Positions 19,242 to 27,591 of a DNA stretch of 64,000 nt are shown in pieces. Origin of the DNA: Euryarchaeota archaeon TMED99 (GTDB lineage: Archaea > Thermoplasmatota > Poseidoniia > Poseidoniales > Poseidoniaceae); the NCBI GenBank assembly GCA_002170315.2, contig NHFA02000032.1:1958-65957 (forward strand), in the 5' to 3' direction. Position numbers and translations under genes: made by a program. How positions within the stretch are numbered: position 1 is the first letter of the stretch; every line of letters begins with the position of its first letter. The notes under the pieces are model-generated. The model was not told the origin of the DNA. It saw nothing but the letters and a program-made list of their open reading frames with translations, and ran no database searches.

Positions 19242-20456
19242 CTATCTAAACATAAGCCGAGTACCCGCTTTGAGAGCAAGTTTACGGAATGCTGGAACTT
19301 TTTTCAACAGTGCAAGACCCAGCGGAACGGGTTTCTCAATATCGCCAATTTCATTGATTAATTCGAGAACATCTGGTTTTGCAAAATTTGTAAAATGTGC
19401 TTCTAATTCTTTATCTGGAACATCACTGACCAGTAAATTACGTAATGCACGAGCCTTGTCTTGGTCTTTTTTCATTGCAGCGAAATGTTTGGAAGTAATT
19501 TTTTTGAGAGATTTTTCGGTTAGATTATCGCTCGTTATTGCCTTGCTGAGAGGTTGCAAAATTCCCTTAATTTGTTTGAATCCAGGTCCAATACCACCAC
19601 CTGTGGTTGGTTTCGCCATTCCAGCAGCATCACCGAGTAACATGACGCGATTCGTAACAGTCTTTCGAACCATTCCACTGGGTATCGGGCCACAAAATCT
19701 TGCAATTTCCTTGATGTTTGAGAAACGATCTTTCCACAGGGGATGGTTGAGCAAATCATCATAACATTGTTCGACACTCCGTCCGTTCAAACGTTCAGGT
19801 GTGGACCAGACGCCAATTCTATGGCTTCCAAAACCTGATGGAATGACCCATGAGAAAAACCCTGGTGCGATCTCGGAGCCACTATACATGTCGAGCCATC
19901 GTTCATTGCCTTCATAGCCCAACACTTCTGCCTGAAATCCAATCATCATTTCTTTGGGTCTTCCCATTTTGAAATATCGACGAGTCCAACTGTGCGCACC
20001 ATCGCAGCCAATCAGTAATTTCGTAGACAATTTCATTTCCACTCCATTCTTATCAATAACAATCGAAACATTCTCTTCAGAACTCTCAGCAGATACTGGT
20101 TGTGAATTGAGCCATAATGTGGTTCCCGATTCCATGGCCTGCTGAACAACGCCCTGGTCGAATTTTTTTCTGCATACGACATAGGTGCGTAATTTCCCAT
20201 CTGTGCCGACTGGTACGAGGGTTCCAGATGGGCCATGAATTCGGGCCCCATCAACCTCTTCCAAAACAGAATCGTAAAGTCCAACTTCTTGCAATGCCTT
20301 TGGTGTGACAAGACCTGCACATTGGAACGGTCGACCAATTTCTGAGTGTTCTTCCAACATCAATACACGATGACCTAGTGAAGAAAGATGCGTCGCAGTA
20401 CGGCCGCCTGTTGGGCCGGCGCCGACGATGATGACGTCCCAATCGGTCTCCTTCAT
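19242..20456 (-). CDS. geranylgeranyl reductase family flavoprotein (archaeal lipid saturation type)
   Basis: FAD-binding N-terminus WDVIIVGAGPTGGRTATHL..LMLEE, plus GCDGAHS and LLGDAAGMAKPTTGGGI. Confidence 0.85.
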   Translation of the reverse strand: MKETDWDVIIVGAGPTGGRTATHLSSLGHRVLMLEEHSEIGRPFQCAGLVTPKALQEVGLYDSVLEEVDGARIHGPSGTLVPVGTDGKLRTYVVCRKKFDQGVVQQAMESGTTLWLNSQPVSAESSEENVSIVIDKNGVEMKLSTKLLIGCDGAHSWTRRYFKMGRPKEMMIGFQAEVLGYEGNERWLDMYSGSEIAPGFFSWVIPSGFGSHRIGVWSTPERLNGRSVEQCYDDLLNHPLWKDRFSNIKEIARFCGPIPSGMVRKTVTNRVMLLGDAAGMAKPTTGGGIGPGFKQIKGILQPLSKAITSDNLTEKSLKKITSKHFAAMKKDQDKARALRNLLVSDVPDKELEAHFTNFAKPDVLELINEIGDIEKPVPLGLALLKKVPAFRKLALKAGTRLMFR

Positions 20457-20520
20457 GGTGCACCACTACAAACCGTTGAACATCAACCTTCGCTCTGTGA
20501 GAGCAGGTTAGCGGGCATTC

Positions 20521-23268
20521 TCAGCGTTTTGCAAAACGATAACCGATCGATTCGTTCTTCTTGAGGTAGAGTGTTGCAGAAAACTCTCTGTTTGTCTTTT
20601 TCGAGATGAAATCATCAAAGGGTCCGAGTTCTCGCTTTTCGATGAGAATCTTTGCCTCTTCACGTGTAATGGTTCTTTTCGAGATTTCTCTTAAAATTTG
20701 TATTGAACATCCTGTAGAACCTTCTTCTGGTTGATAGTGAGTTTCAGTTTCAACAATGTTGACCTTGGTTTTTGGACATACAGCAACGACGCCTCCAACG
20801 ACGGGGAATTTCGTGGCATCGGCTGCAGCTTCTCGTGGAGGAAATTCAAATTTAATTCGATTGTTATCTCGAACAAGATATGCCTTAAACGGTCGGCCAC
20901 GTTTTGAGATGAAATCTTCAAGAAGACCTGACTTTCCATTTGTCAGTATATTCTTAGCCTCTTCAGGCGTAATTGGTCTCTTGCACATTTCCTTTGAAAC
21001 ACCTCTGAATTTACATTCATCGTGATCGCATGCATACATTGTTTGACCAATTCGGATTGTACCATGATCACATGCAGGACAGGGGCATACCTCTTCATCA
21101 GACGCATCAGATGAAGATTCTCCACCACCAACAAATTCAACCTTTCCTTCATCGGATAACTTTACTGTTGCAGTATAAGGTTCCCCTGAGCGGTTGAAAA
21201 ATCCATGAAGGTCTTCAAGTTGGCGTTTTTCAAGAAGACGCTTTGCAGTGGCATGGTCAAACCAACGCCCCGAGGTATCTTTCCAGAATACGAAAGAGCA
21301 ACCTTTGTCACGGCCTTCATTCAATTCGCATTGGTATGTCATGGTCGTTTCAATAATCTTGCCATTACACTTCAAGCATCCACCGATTGAAGGTTCATTG
21401 ACATACAATTCAGAGCGGTCATGATTCTTTATTTTCTCTACCATGACCGTGGTTTGTTCAATCACTGCGTTCATGTAATTCTCTCGTGGTTCTTCACCTC
21501 GTTGAACACGAAGTAAAGATGACTCCATTTCACCAGTCATTTCTGGTGAAGTGATCCATTCTACGGGAATCTTTCTCAAAACATCAATGATTCGAATTCC
21601 ATGGGCTGTTGCACTTATGCTTCCTCCACGTGAGCGTTGGATATATCCTCTGTCGACTAATTTTTCAATTGTGTCTGCACGAGTAGCTGGAGTTCCCAAC
21701 CCTTTATCCTTCATTGCATCTGAAAGAGTTTCATCGTCGATTTGCTTGCCTGCATGTTCCATCAATCGGAGCAAACCGGCTTCCTTAAGTCGGCCTTTCG
21801 GCTTCGATTTTTCTTCTTTGAACTCATAAGATTCGATTGTTCCATCACAAGGATTGCTCGGTAAAACATTCCAATTCTCAGGAAGCGACTGTTTCTTTGG
21901 ACGAACGGCTCGCCAACCTTCTTCTTTGATTGTTCTCGCTTCTTTGGAGAATTTCTCTCCTTCCAAAGTTGCAGTTCGCTTTTGAACATCCCATACCGCC
22001 TCGGGGTGCCATGAAGCCAAAAATGTTCGAACGATGAGGTCATAGAGTCGTTGATGGTCCGTATTCAAATTTCCTTCGGGTATTTTACCAGTGGGGATTA
22101 TCGCAAAGTGGTCACTCACTTTCGAATTATCAAAGTTTCTTCCAGCATTTTTCATTCCCTCATCAACAATTCGTGTTGAATGGACATTGTAGGGATCCTG
22201 AGCGCCGAGTTGTCGAATTGTTTTGGCAATTTGCTCATGCATATCTTCGGGCAAGTGCCTTGAATCTGTTCGGGGATAGGTCGTAAGTTTATGCGAGTCA
22301 TAGAGATCTTGAGCAACGCCCAATGTCTTCTTCGCAGACCATCCGAGAATGTTATTTGCTTCTCGCTGAAGACTTGTGAGATCAAAATTTAATGGTGGCT
22401 TTTCAATCGAATCTCGTTGGCTTTGTTGAATTGTTGCAGTGCCACCTGACGTCAAAATATCTTTGAGTTTGTCATGCTCAGCCTGTTCAATTATTCTGTG
22501 TGCCTTGTAATCCGGTTGCTCAGGGTCGTCAACATGGTTTGTTCGCTCCCAACGACCGGTCCATTTTGCATCTCCTGATTCAAAATTGGCTTCCAATTGC
22601 CAGTAAGGGAGGGGCGAATGACCGAGAACGTTCAGTTCGTGTTCGACAATCATTGCTAATGTAGCGGTTTGAACTCGACCAAGAGAGATGGCTACTCGCT
22701 CGTTCTTTTTACGAGGCAAAAACGAGTTAGCAATGCGTGAACCGTTCATTCCGATAATCCAATCAGCCTCTGAACGAGAATATGCAGCATCTCGTAGAGC
22801 AGAATATTCATCACCATCAAGTCGATTTTCCCAAGCCTGCTGAATTGCATCCTTGGTCATTGATTGCAGCCACATTCGCGAGTTTTTCACCTTTGATTTT
22901 GTGTGCTGGACAATTGTTCTGAAAATCAATTCACCTTCTCGTGCAGCGTCACAAGCATTGACGATTTCGGTTACTTCCTTCGATTTAATCAGTTTCGTAA
23001 TGGCAGAAAGTTGTTTTTTTCCACGACCGCCGATAGGTTTGTACTCAAATGATTCAGGAATATATGGCAAACGGTCAATGGTTTTACGCCAATCTTTGAA
23101 GGCTTCATCATAGTCATCCATGTATTTCAGTTGCAATAAATGCCCAATTGCCCAAGTGACGATAAGACCGTTTCCCTCCCAGTGCGTATCTTTTTTTGAT
23201 GACGCTCCGAGAACTTGGGCAATATCGTTAGCGACACTTGGCTTCTCGGCAACTATGACGACACCCAT
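20521..23268 (-). CDS. type IA DNA topoisomerase (Topo III-like) with Zn ribbons and three C-terminal ~45-aa repeats
   Basis: 915 aa. The TOPRIM start is VVIVAEKPSVANDIA and the active-site region is LTTYPRTDSRHL. CxxC zinc ribbons are present. The motif ..EEAK.L....g...DFISK.G.PF.A.L.. occurs three times at the C-terminus. Confidence 0.9.
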   Translation of the reverse strand: MGVVIVAEKPSVANDIAQVLGASSKKDTHWEGNGLIVTWAIGHLLQLKYMDDYDEAFKDWRKTIDRLPYIPESFEYKPIGGRGKKQLSAITKLIKSKEVTEIVNACDAAREGELIFRTIVQHTKSKVKNSRMWLQSMTKDAIQQAWENRLDGDEYSALRDAAYSRSEADWIIGMNGSRIANSFLPRKKNERVAISLGRVQTATLAMIVEHELNVLGHSPLPYWQLEANFESGDAKWTGRWERTNHVDDPEQPDYKAHRIIEQAEHDKLKDILTSGGTATIQQSQRDSIEKPPLNFDLTSLQREANNILGWSAKKTLGVAQDLYDSHKLTTYPRTDSRHLPEDMHEQIAKTIRQLGAQDPYNVHSTRIVDEGMKNAGRNFDNSKVSDHFAIIPTGKIPEGNLNTDHQRLYDLIVRTFLASWHPEAVWDVQKRTATLEGEKFSKEARTIKEEGWRAVRPKKQSLPENWNVLPSNPCDGTIESYEFKEEKSKPKGRLKEAGLLRLMEHAGKQIDDETLSDAMKDKGLGTPATRADTIEKLVDRGYIQRSRGGSISATAHGIRIIDVLRKIPVEWITSPEMTGEMESSLLRVQRGEEPRENYMNAVIEQTTVMVEKIKNHDRSELYVNEPSIGGCLKCNGKIIETTMTYQCELNEGRDKGCSFVFWKDTSGRWFDHATAKRLLEKRQLEDLHGFFNRSGEPYTATVKLSDEGKVEFVGGGESSSDASDEEVCPCPACDHGTIRIGQTMYACDHDECKFRGVSKEMCKRPITPEEAKNILTNGKSGLLEDFISKRGRPFKAYLVRDNNRIKFEFPPREAAADATKFPVVGGVVAVCPKTKVNIVETETHYQPEEGSTGCSIQILREISKRTITREEAKILIEKRELGPFDDFISKKTNREFSATLYLKKNESIGYRFAKR

Positions 23269-23371
23269 GAATGAATAGGCGACCGCCGAGGCTACTTGAA
23301 CTCTCTTATACCTCCATAGAGAGGCAGATACATTGTATCTGTAAAAAGAAATCAGAAATTGACTTCACGCT

Positions 23372-23842
23372 TTAGAGTAGCCCAGAACGTGACTTTTCTT
23401 CATCCCATGGCATCTCAGAATTTGGACCTCCGCATCCAACACATCCAGGATATCCTGCGACATGAAGTTCGTTACAAACGAGAACCACTTCCTTCCATCC
23501 GGGGTTTCTTTCCATCTTTACCCATCGCACATTCGGTGCTGGTTCTGTCATTCCAATTGATGCAATCATTCGAAGATGTTCCCCCTCTTTTACATGGACA
23601 CATACATCATTGCATTGTTGGATTTCAAAGGTTGGAAATTGTAATCGTTCAGGTTGAAAGTCACTAATTTCAAGTAAAACAGCATGCATATCCTGTTCAA
23701 ATTCAGGTGGCAGTATCAAGTGAAGATTTTCTCTTCTCAAGATTTGACGAGAAGTTTCCAAAACCACTGGCCACAAGGGGTCATCTATGCGCACAGACAG
23801 GCCTAGTGGGCGAAAGTCTTGAAGGATACCGGTCCGAGCCAT
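23372..23842 (-). CDS. hypothetical protein with a C-terminal Cys cluster
   Basis: ORF 23372-23854. Starting at the third ATG (23842) avoids overlap with pyrD. The C-terminus reads CNELHVAGYPGCVGCGG. No family is recognised. Confidence 0.45.
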   Translation of the reverse strand: MARTGILQDFRPLGLSVRIDDPLWPVVLETSRQILRRENLHLILPPEFEQDMHAVLLEISDFQPERLQFPTFEIQQCNDVCVHVKEGEHLRMIASIGMTEPAPNVRWVKMERNPGWKEVVLVCNELHVAGYPGCVGCGGPNSEMPWDEEKSRSGLL

Positions 23843-23846
23843 AGGC

Positions 23847-24977
23847 ATGGGCATAGGTTACCGGGTCATTGTTCGCCCCGCGTTACGTGTTCAGGATTCA
23901 GAAAAAGCCCACGGACGGGCTTTGATGATGCTGCGTTTTCTTTCAGCAAATCCGCTTACTCGTGGCATGCTTTCTCTGCTTTATCGTCCACGTAAAAAAT
24001 TGACAGTCAAGTGTTTTGGTCAAACCTATAAGCATCCCTTTGGAAACGCAGCAGGTCTTGATAAACGAGCTGAAGCACTGCGAGGTTGGGAAGCAATTGG
24101 CCTTTCTTTTATTGAAATTGGCGGCGTTACTGAACATGAGCAAGAGGGAAATCCCAAGCCTCGAATGTTTCGAGCATCCTCCTCTCTTTCTTTAGTCAAT
24201 AGAATGGGGTTCAACAACCCCGGTTCTGTTAAAGTTGCATCGAAATTAAAGCACCATTTTTCTCGTCATGGTTCACCGAATATCCCGTTATGGGCAAATC
24301 TTGGCAAATCGAAGATAACACCACTCGATGAGGCTCCAAGTGACTATGCTGCTACGATGGATCGTCTCTGGGAATATTGTGACACCTTTGTGATCAACGT
24401 ATCATCACCCAATACCCCTAACCTGCGAGAGTTGCAGCATGATGATGCTTTAGAATCAGTCATTCAGGCGTGTCAAGAAGTCAACTCACGACATTCGAAG
24501 TCATCGAAAACTGAACTAAAACCTTTGTTGATTAAAATTGCACCCGATGTCACTGATGAGCAATTAACTGCAATTGTTCATACTGCTCGCAGTGCAGGTT
24601 GTGACGGAATTATTGCTACGAACACAACTCTTGAGCGACCTGAAACATTTCCAAAAGGTGAAGAAAAGGTGTTCACGCAAACCGGTGGATTAAGCGGAGC
24701 ACCACTGTCGAATCGTTCCACTGAAGTAATACATCAAATCTATTCGATGACCAATGGAGAGTGGCCGATTGTTGGTGTCGGTGGGATTCTTTCTGCGGAT
24801 GATGCATGGGAAAAGATTGGAGCAGGTGCTACTCTTTTACAGGCATACAGCGGTTTTGTCTTTGAAGGTGCGGCACTTTCTAAATCAATAGTCAATGGGT
24901 TGGATAAGAAGTTAAGTGAACACGGATTTAAGAATATTGAAGAAGCAGTTGGTTTCAGTCATCGTGGTAATGATTAG
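23847..24977 (+). CDS. pyrD: dihydroorotate dehydrogenase (quinone), class 2
   Basis: Motifs RPALRVQDSEKAHG, FGNAAGLDK, IEIGGVT, GNPKPRMFR, LVNRMGFNNPG, NVSSPNTPNLR and GGLSGAPL. Confidence 0.9.
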   Translation: MGIGYRVIVRPALRVQDSEKAHGRALMMLRFLSANPLTRGMLSLLYRPRKKLTVKCFGQTYKHPFGNAAGLDKRAEALRGWEAIGLSFIEIGGVTEHEQEGNPKPRMFRASSSLSLVNRMGFNNPGSVKVASKLKHHFSRHGSPNIPLWANLGKSKITPLDEAPSDYAATMDRLWEYCDTFVINVSSPNTPNLRELQHDDALESVIQACQEVNSRHSKSSKTELKPLLIKIAPDVTDEQLTAIVHTARSAGCDGIIATNTTLERPETFPKGEEKVFTQTGGLSGAPLSNRSTEVIHQIYSMTNGEWPIVGVGGILSADDAWEKIGAGATLLQAYSGFVFEGAALSKSIVNGLDKKLSEHGFKNIEEAVGFSHRGND

Positions 24978-24987
24978 GTGAGTCGTT

Positions 24988-25371
24988 ATGTTTTCTCGAC
25001 GAACTCGAATACTTCTTATCGGTGCGGTCATTACTGTAGGATTACTTGGTGTCATCTTAATTGAAGCACCAGAGCCAACCCGTACCGTTGATGAACTCAT
25101 GGATGAACCTTCATCGTATCTTGACCGAGAAATTGCTGTGCGAGGGGAAATAGTCGATGGTAGCATCGATGAAAATCAAAGTGTATTCTACCTTCATGGA
25201 ACGACGCACACTTTGCTCATTGACTATCTCGATGCTTCTGTATCAAACGGGTTAGGGGATAACCGAACCGTATACGCACAAGGCGTCCTTTACTACCTTG
25301 AAGGCGAGTATGTATTCGAAGCACAAATAATCAAGACTTCATGCCCTTCAAAGTATGAAGAAGAGTCTTGA
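24988..25371 (+). CDS. ccmE: CcmE-like heme chaperone, variant CxxxY type
   Basis: 127 aa with an N-terminal TM anchor. The OB-fold region is collinear with E. coli CcmE (IAVRGEIVDGSI ~ LRVGGMVMPGSV). The heme-binding HDENY position reads CPSKY. An SD-like AGGTGAG precedes the ATG. Confidence 0.65.
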   Translation: MFSRRTRILLIGAVITVGLLGVILIEAPEPTRTVDELMDEPSSYLDREIAVRGEIVDGSIDENQSVFYLHGTTHTLLIDYLDASVSNGLGDNRTVYAQGVLYYLEGEYVFEAQIIKTSCPSKYEEES

Positions 25372-25408
25372 GCAGAATTAAACTCCGAGTCTGTGTATGG
25401 GTTTTGTT

Positions 25409-25417
25409 CAAATATAG
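25409..25417 (+). promoter_or_regulatory. TATA-like box (CAAATATAG) about 25 nt upstream of the predicted SRP RNA 5' end
   Basis: An AT-rich octamer sits in an otherwise GC-rich non-coding stretch. Its spacing to the GGG at 25436 fits archaeal promoter geometry. Confidence 0.3.
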
Positions 25418-25435
25418 TCAGTTGTAGCACCTGAT

Positions 25436-25745
25436 GGGATAGGTGGGGAGCTAGGCGTACCCTGAACCACAAATCGTCTTTACGGTGGGCTGAACGCCTT
25501 TGGGCGGCGAAAGCGGCTCCTTGGTTTCTGCATGCGGACGTTGATGTCTCGCCCCCACATGACTCGGGTGCTGTGAACTGTTTCCGGAGGGAAACAGGAA
25601 ATGGATAGCCGGGGGAATAGGTCAGGCCGGGAACGGAGCAGCCCTACTCGGAGCCATGGGTGCTGTGGGGTAACGGGATGGAGGAAGTGTGTGGGTTTAG
25701 CTGAGGAAAGCGCACGTCAACCTTTGGAATTCCCACTCTGAGGTC
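25436..25745 (+). ncRNA. ffs: signal recognition particle RNA (archaeal 7S / SRP RNA)
   Basis: This is the only ORF-free, GC-rich stretch of more than 300 nt in the window. At 25620-25643, GGTCAGGCCGGGAACGGAGCAGCC matches the universal helix-8 motif GGUCAGGUCCGGAAGGAAGCAGCC with compensatory stem changes. A helix-6-like hairpin CTGTTTCC-GGAG-GGAAACAG lies at 25578-25597. The 5' GGGGAGCTAGGCG is typical of archaeal SRP RNA. The 5' GTGGGGA can pair with the 3' TTCCCAC (25730-25736). An oligo-T run follows at 25746-25749. The ends are approximate. Confidence 0.8.
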
Positions 25746-25750
25746 TTTTG

Positions 25751-26029
25751 ATGGTTCTTTTGAACATGTATTCTGTCTCCCATTTTTTCATTTGGTCGAC
25801 TGCTGGCCGTTTTTTCCTGACCAATTGGCAGATTTTCTTTTTGTTAAGTATTGGTTGGGAACTTCTTGAACTCGTACTTCCATATGAATTTGCAGTTGAG
25901 GATTGGGGAAACAAGGGAATGGACCTTGTCGTCAACACTCTAGGTTTCTTAATCGGAACTCGTCTTCGCTATGACGGCCTCATTGATCAGATATCAAATA
26001 CCACATCACAAAACCAACCTGGGCCTTGA
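25751..26029 (+). CDS. small integral membrane protein (DUF2585/VanZ-like motif)
   Basis: Three hydrophobic helices. The motif IGWELLELVLP..DWGNKGMDLVVNTLGFLIG resembles small membrane-protein families. The ORF begins right at the SRP RNA 3' end and overlaps the archease 3' end by 43 nt, so the call is uncertain. Confidence 0.4.
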   Translation: MVLLNMYSVSHFFIWSTAGRFFLTNWQIFFLLSIGWELLELVLPYEFAVEDWGNKGMDLVVNTLGFLIGTRLRYDGLIDQISNTTSQNQPGP

Positions 26030-26487
26030 AAATCGGGTACCTGTTCCCATTTAGAATGAATCTCTTCTCCCTGTTTGAGTTCTGTGAATTGCAATTCATG
26101 ACTGGTTACGGCCTTAATTTCAATTTCTCTTTCCACTCGATCTGAGTCCACCCATGAGACTTGAGCCGAGAGCATGACATCCGTTTCTCCCCACACTGCA
26201 GATATCTGGCAATCAACAAGCCATTGTTGATGTATTTCTGAACGGTAAAGGACTTCTTCAAGCCATTGAACGAGCAATAAGTCCCAATGTTTCACCCCAT
26301 CCGTAACTGGCGAACTGATCTGCCACTGAGAGGTGTGACGTACGTGTTGGTTGATTGATTTTTGAGCCTTCGGGGAGAGTAATATGTCCTGCATTCCAAG
26401 GGTTGCTTCACTGATAAGTCGACTTGGACTCGCAGCAAATGCCCGTAAACCGATATCAGCGGTCGTTGGCCTTGGCCAAGCACTCAT
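25987..26487 (-). CDS. archease (RtcB tRNA-ligase / tRNA methyltransferase activator family)
   Basis: The N-terminal TTADIGLRAFAAS matches the HTADIG-type motif. IKAVTSHEL and the C-terminal CDVVFDI are typical archease signatures. Confidence 0.8.
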   Translation of the reverse strand: MSAWPRPTTADIGLRAFAASPSRLISEATLGMQDILLSPKAQKSINQHVRHTSQWQISSPVTDGVKHWDLLLVQWLEEVLYRSEIHQQWLVDCQISAVWGETDVMLSAQVSWVDSDRVEREIEIKAVTSHELQFTELKQGEEIHSKWEQVPDFQGPGWFCDVVFDI

Positions 26488-26496
26488 AGCAACACC

Positions 26497-27591
26497 TCAA
26501 CGTTTTGAAACTTGAAGGTTCCAAGACATTTCGCCAATCCTATCGATTAAATCTTCGCGGCTAAGAACAAATGATTCTGTTTGATGAGCTCCCAATATAC
26601 ACTCGCATGCTGCATTCGCAAGCAGGGCAGTGTTTCGAACAGAGAGACCTTTCGAAATCGCAACTGCTACTGCAACAGCAGCAGCATCGATGAGACCAAT
26701 CATTTGTCGCAAGTCATCAAGTGTGCACGGTGCATGAACCACTTCCTCGTCACTTGAATAAATTGTAACACCCGCTTCACCTGAAAGGACAACTAAATGT
26801 TCCCATCCATGCGTTTCTATCAACTGTAGTGCTGCTTCGCTCCCAGTAGAAACTCCAAGCCTTCTCCTCATCAGTTCAAGTCCTTGAGACTGAAACAAAA
26901 TCCAATTTACACCATGTGTACGGTGTAAACCTGTGAGCTTTGGGTCTGCAATAATTTGAACATTATTCTCTTTAGCAGCAGAGATAACTCGCTCTGCACC
27001 AGCATCGTTGACGACGCCTTGCCCATAATCTGACAAGATAACAACATCTGCAGAAGTAACTTCCTCAATTGCTTGGTCATACAGAGAAACGGATGCATCA
27101 GTGGGTACGGGGTTATCATCTTCGACATCCCATCTCAAGAGTAGTTGTTCATCACTGACTAGACTTTCACGCGTAGCGAGTAGACGAGTTTTCACCGTCG
27201 TTGTTCGACCATCGAGTATTGAAATACCGTTTGTAGAAACACCTTCGTCATCGAGTAATTGGAGAATGTTTAGTCCTGCACGGTCATCACCGACGACGCC
27301 GAATAAATGACTTTGCAATCCCATCGACTTCAACCCTCTTCCAACATGTGCGGCAGCGCCAACATCTTCTTCTCGCATCGTTTCACGAAGAACGGGAACA
27401 GGTGCTCTCGAGTTGAGATTATTCGCATATCCATGAATATAGCAATCCATCATGATATCACCGATGAGAACAACTTTACATTCTTCGTCAGCTTTCAATT
27501 GACCTTTGAGTTTGTTGAGTTCTTCGTAGACTGCCTCTTCTTCGTCTGACATTCCCATAGATAACCCTCTCATGTGTTCGAACGTAATCAT
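26497..27591 (-). CDS. PfkB-family carbohydrate kinase-like protein, RfaE/HldE kinase-domain type, with a degenerate C-terminal motif
   Basis: VVLIGDIMMDCYIHG...SRAPVPVL matches the RfaE domain I start, along with VVGDDRAG and ILSDYGQG. The expected DxxGAGD reads MIGLIDAAA. The ATG abuts the upstream stop (TGAATG). Confidence 0.7.
   Translation of the reverse strand: MITFEHMRGLSMGMSDEEEAVYEELNKLKGQLKADEECKVVLIGDIMMDCYIHGYANNLNSRAPVPVLRETMREEDVGAAAHVGRGLKSMGLQSHLFGVVGDDRAGLNILQLLDDEGVSTNGISILDGRTTTVKTRLLATRESLVSDEQLLLRWDVEDDNPVPTDASVSLYDQAIEEVTSADVVILSDYGQGVVNDAGAERVISAAKENNVQIIADPKLTGLHRTHGVNWILFQSQGLELMRRRLGVSTGSEAALQLIETHGWEHLVVLSGEAGVTIYSSDEEVVHAPCTLDDLRQMIGLIDAAAVAVAVAISKGLSVRNTALLANAACECILGAHQTESFVLSREDLIDRIGEMSWNLQVSKR

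Noticed and set aside
23311-23341. Small inverted repeats (CTCTCT..AGAGAG and CAGATAC-ATT-GTATCTG) between the 160-aa gene and the topoisomerase gene, considered as a terminator or promoter element
   Set aside because: The stems are short (6-7 bp) and AT-rich, and the oligo-T lies on the wrong side for the transcribed strand. This is too weak to annotate.
25381-25745. RNase P RNA or another structured RNA as the identity of the GC-rich ORF-free stretch
   Set aside because: The helix-8 consensus GGUCAGG..GGAA..AGCAGCC and the GNAR-capped helix-6 hairpin are specific to SRP RNA. I did not see the RNase P P4 or CR-I/CR-V motifs.
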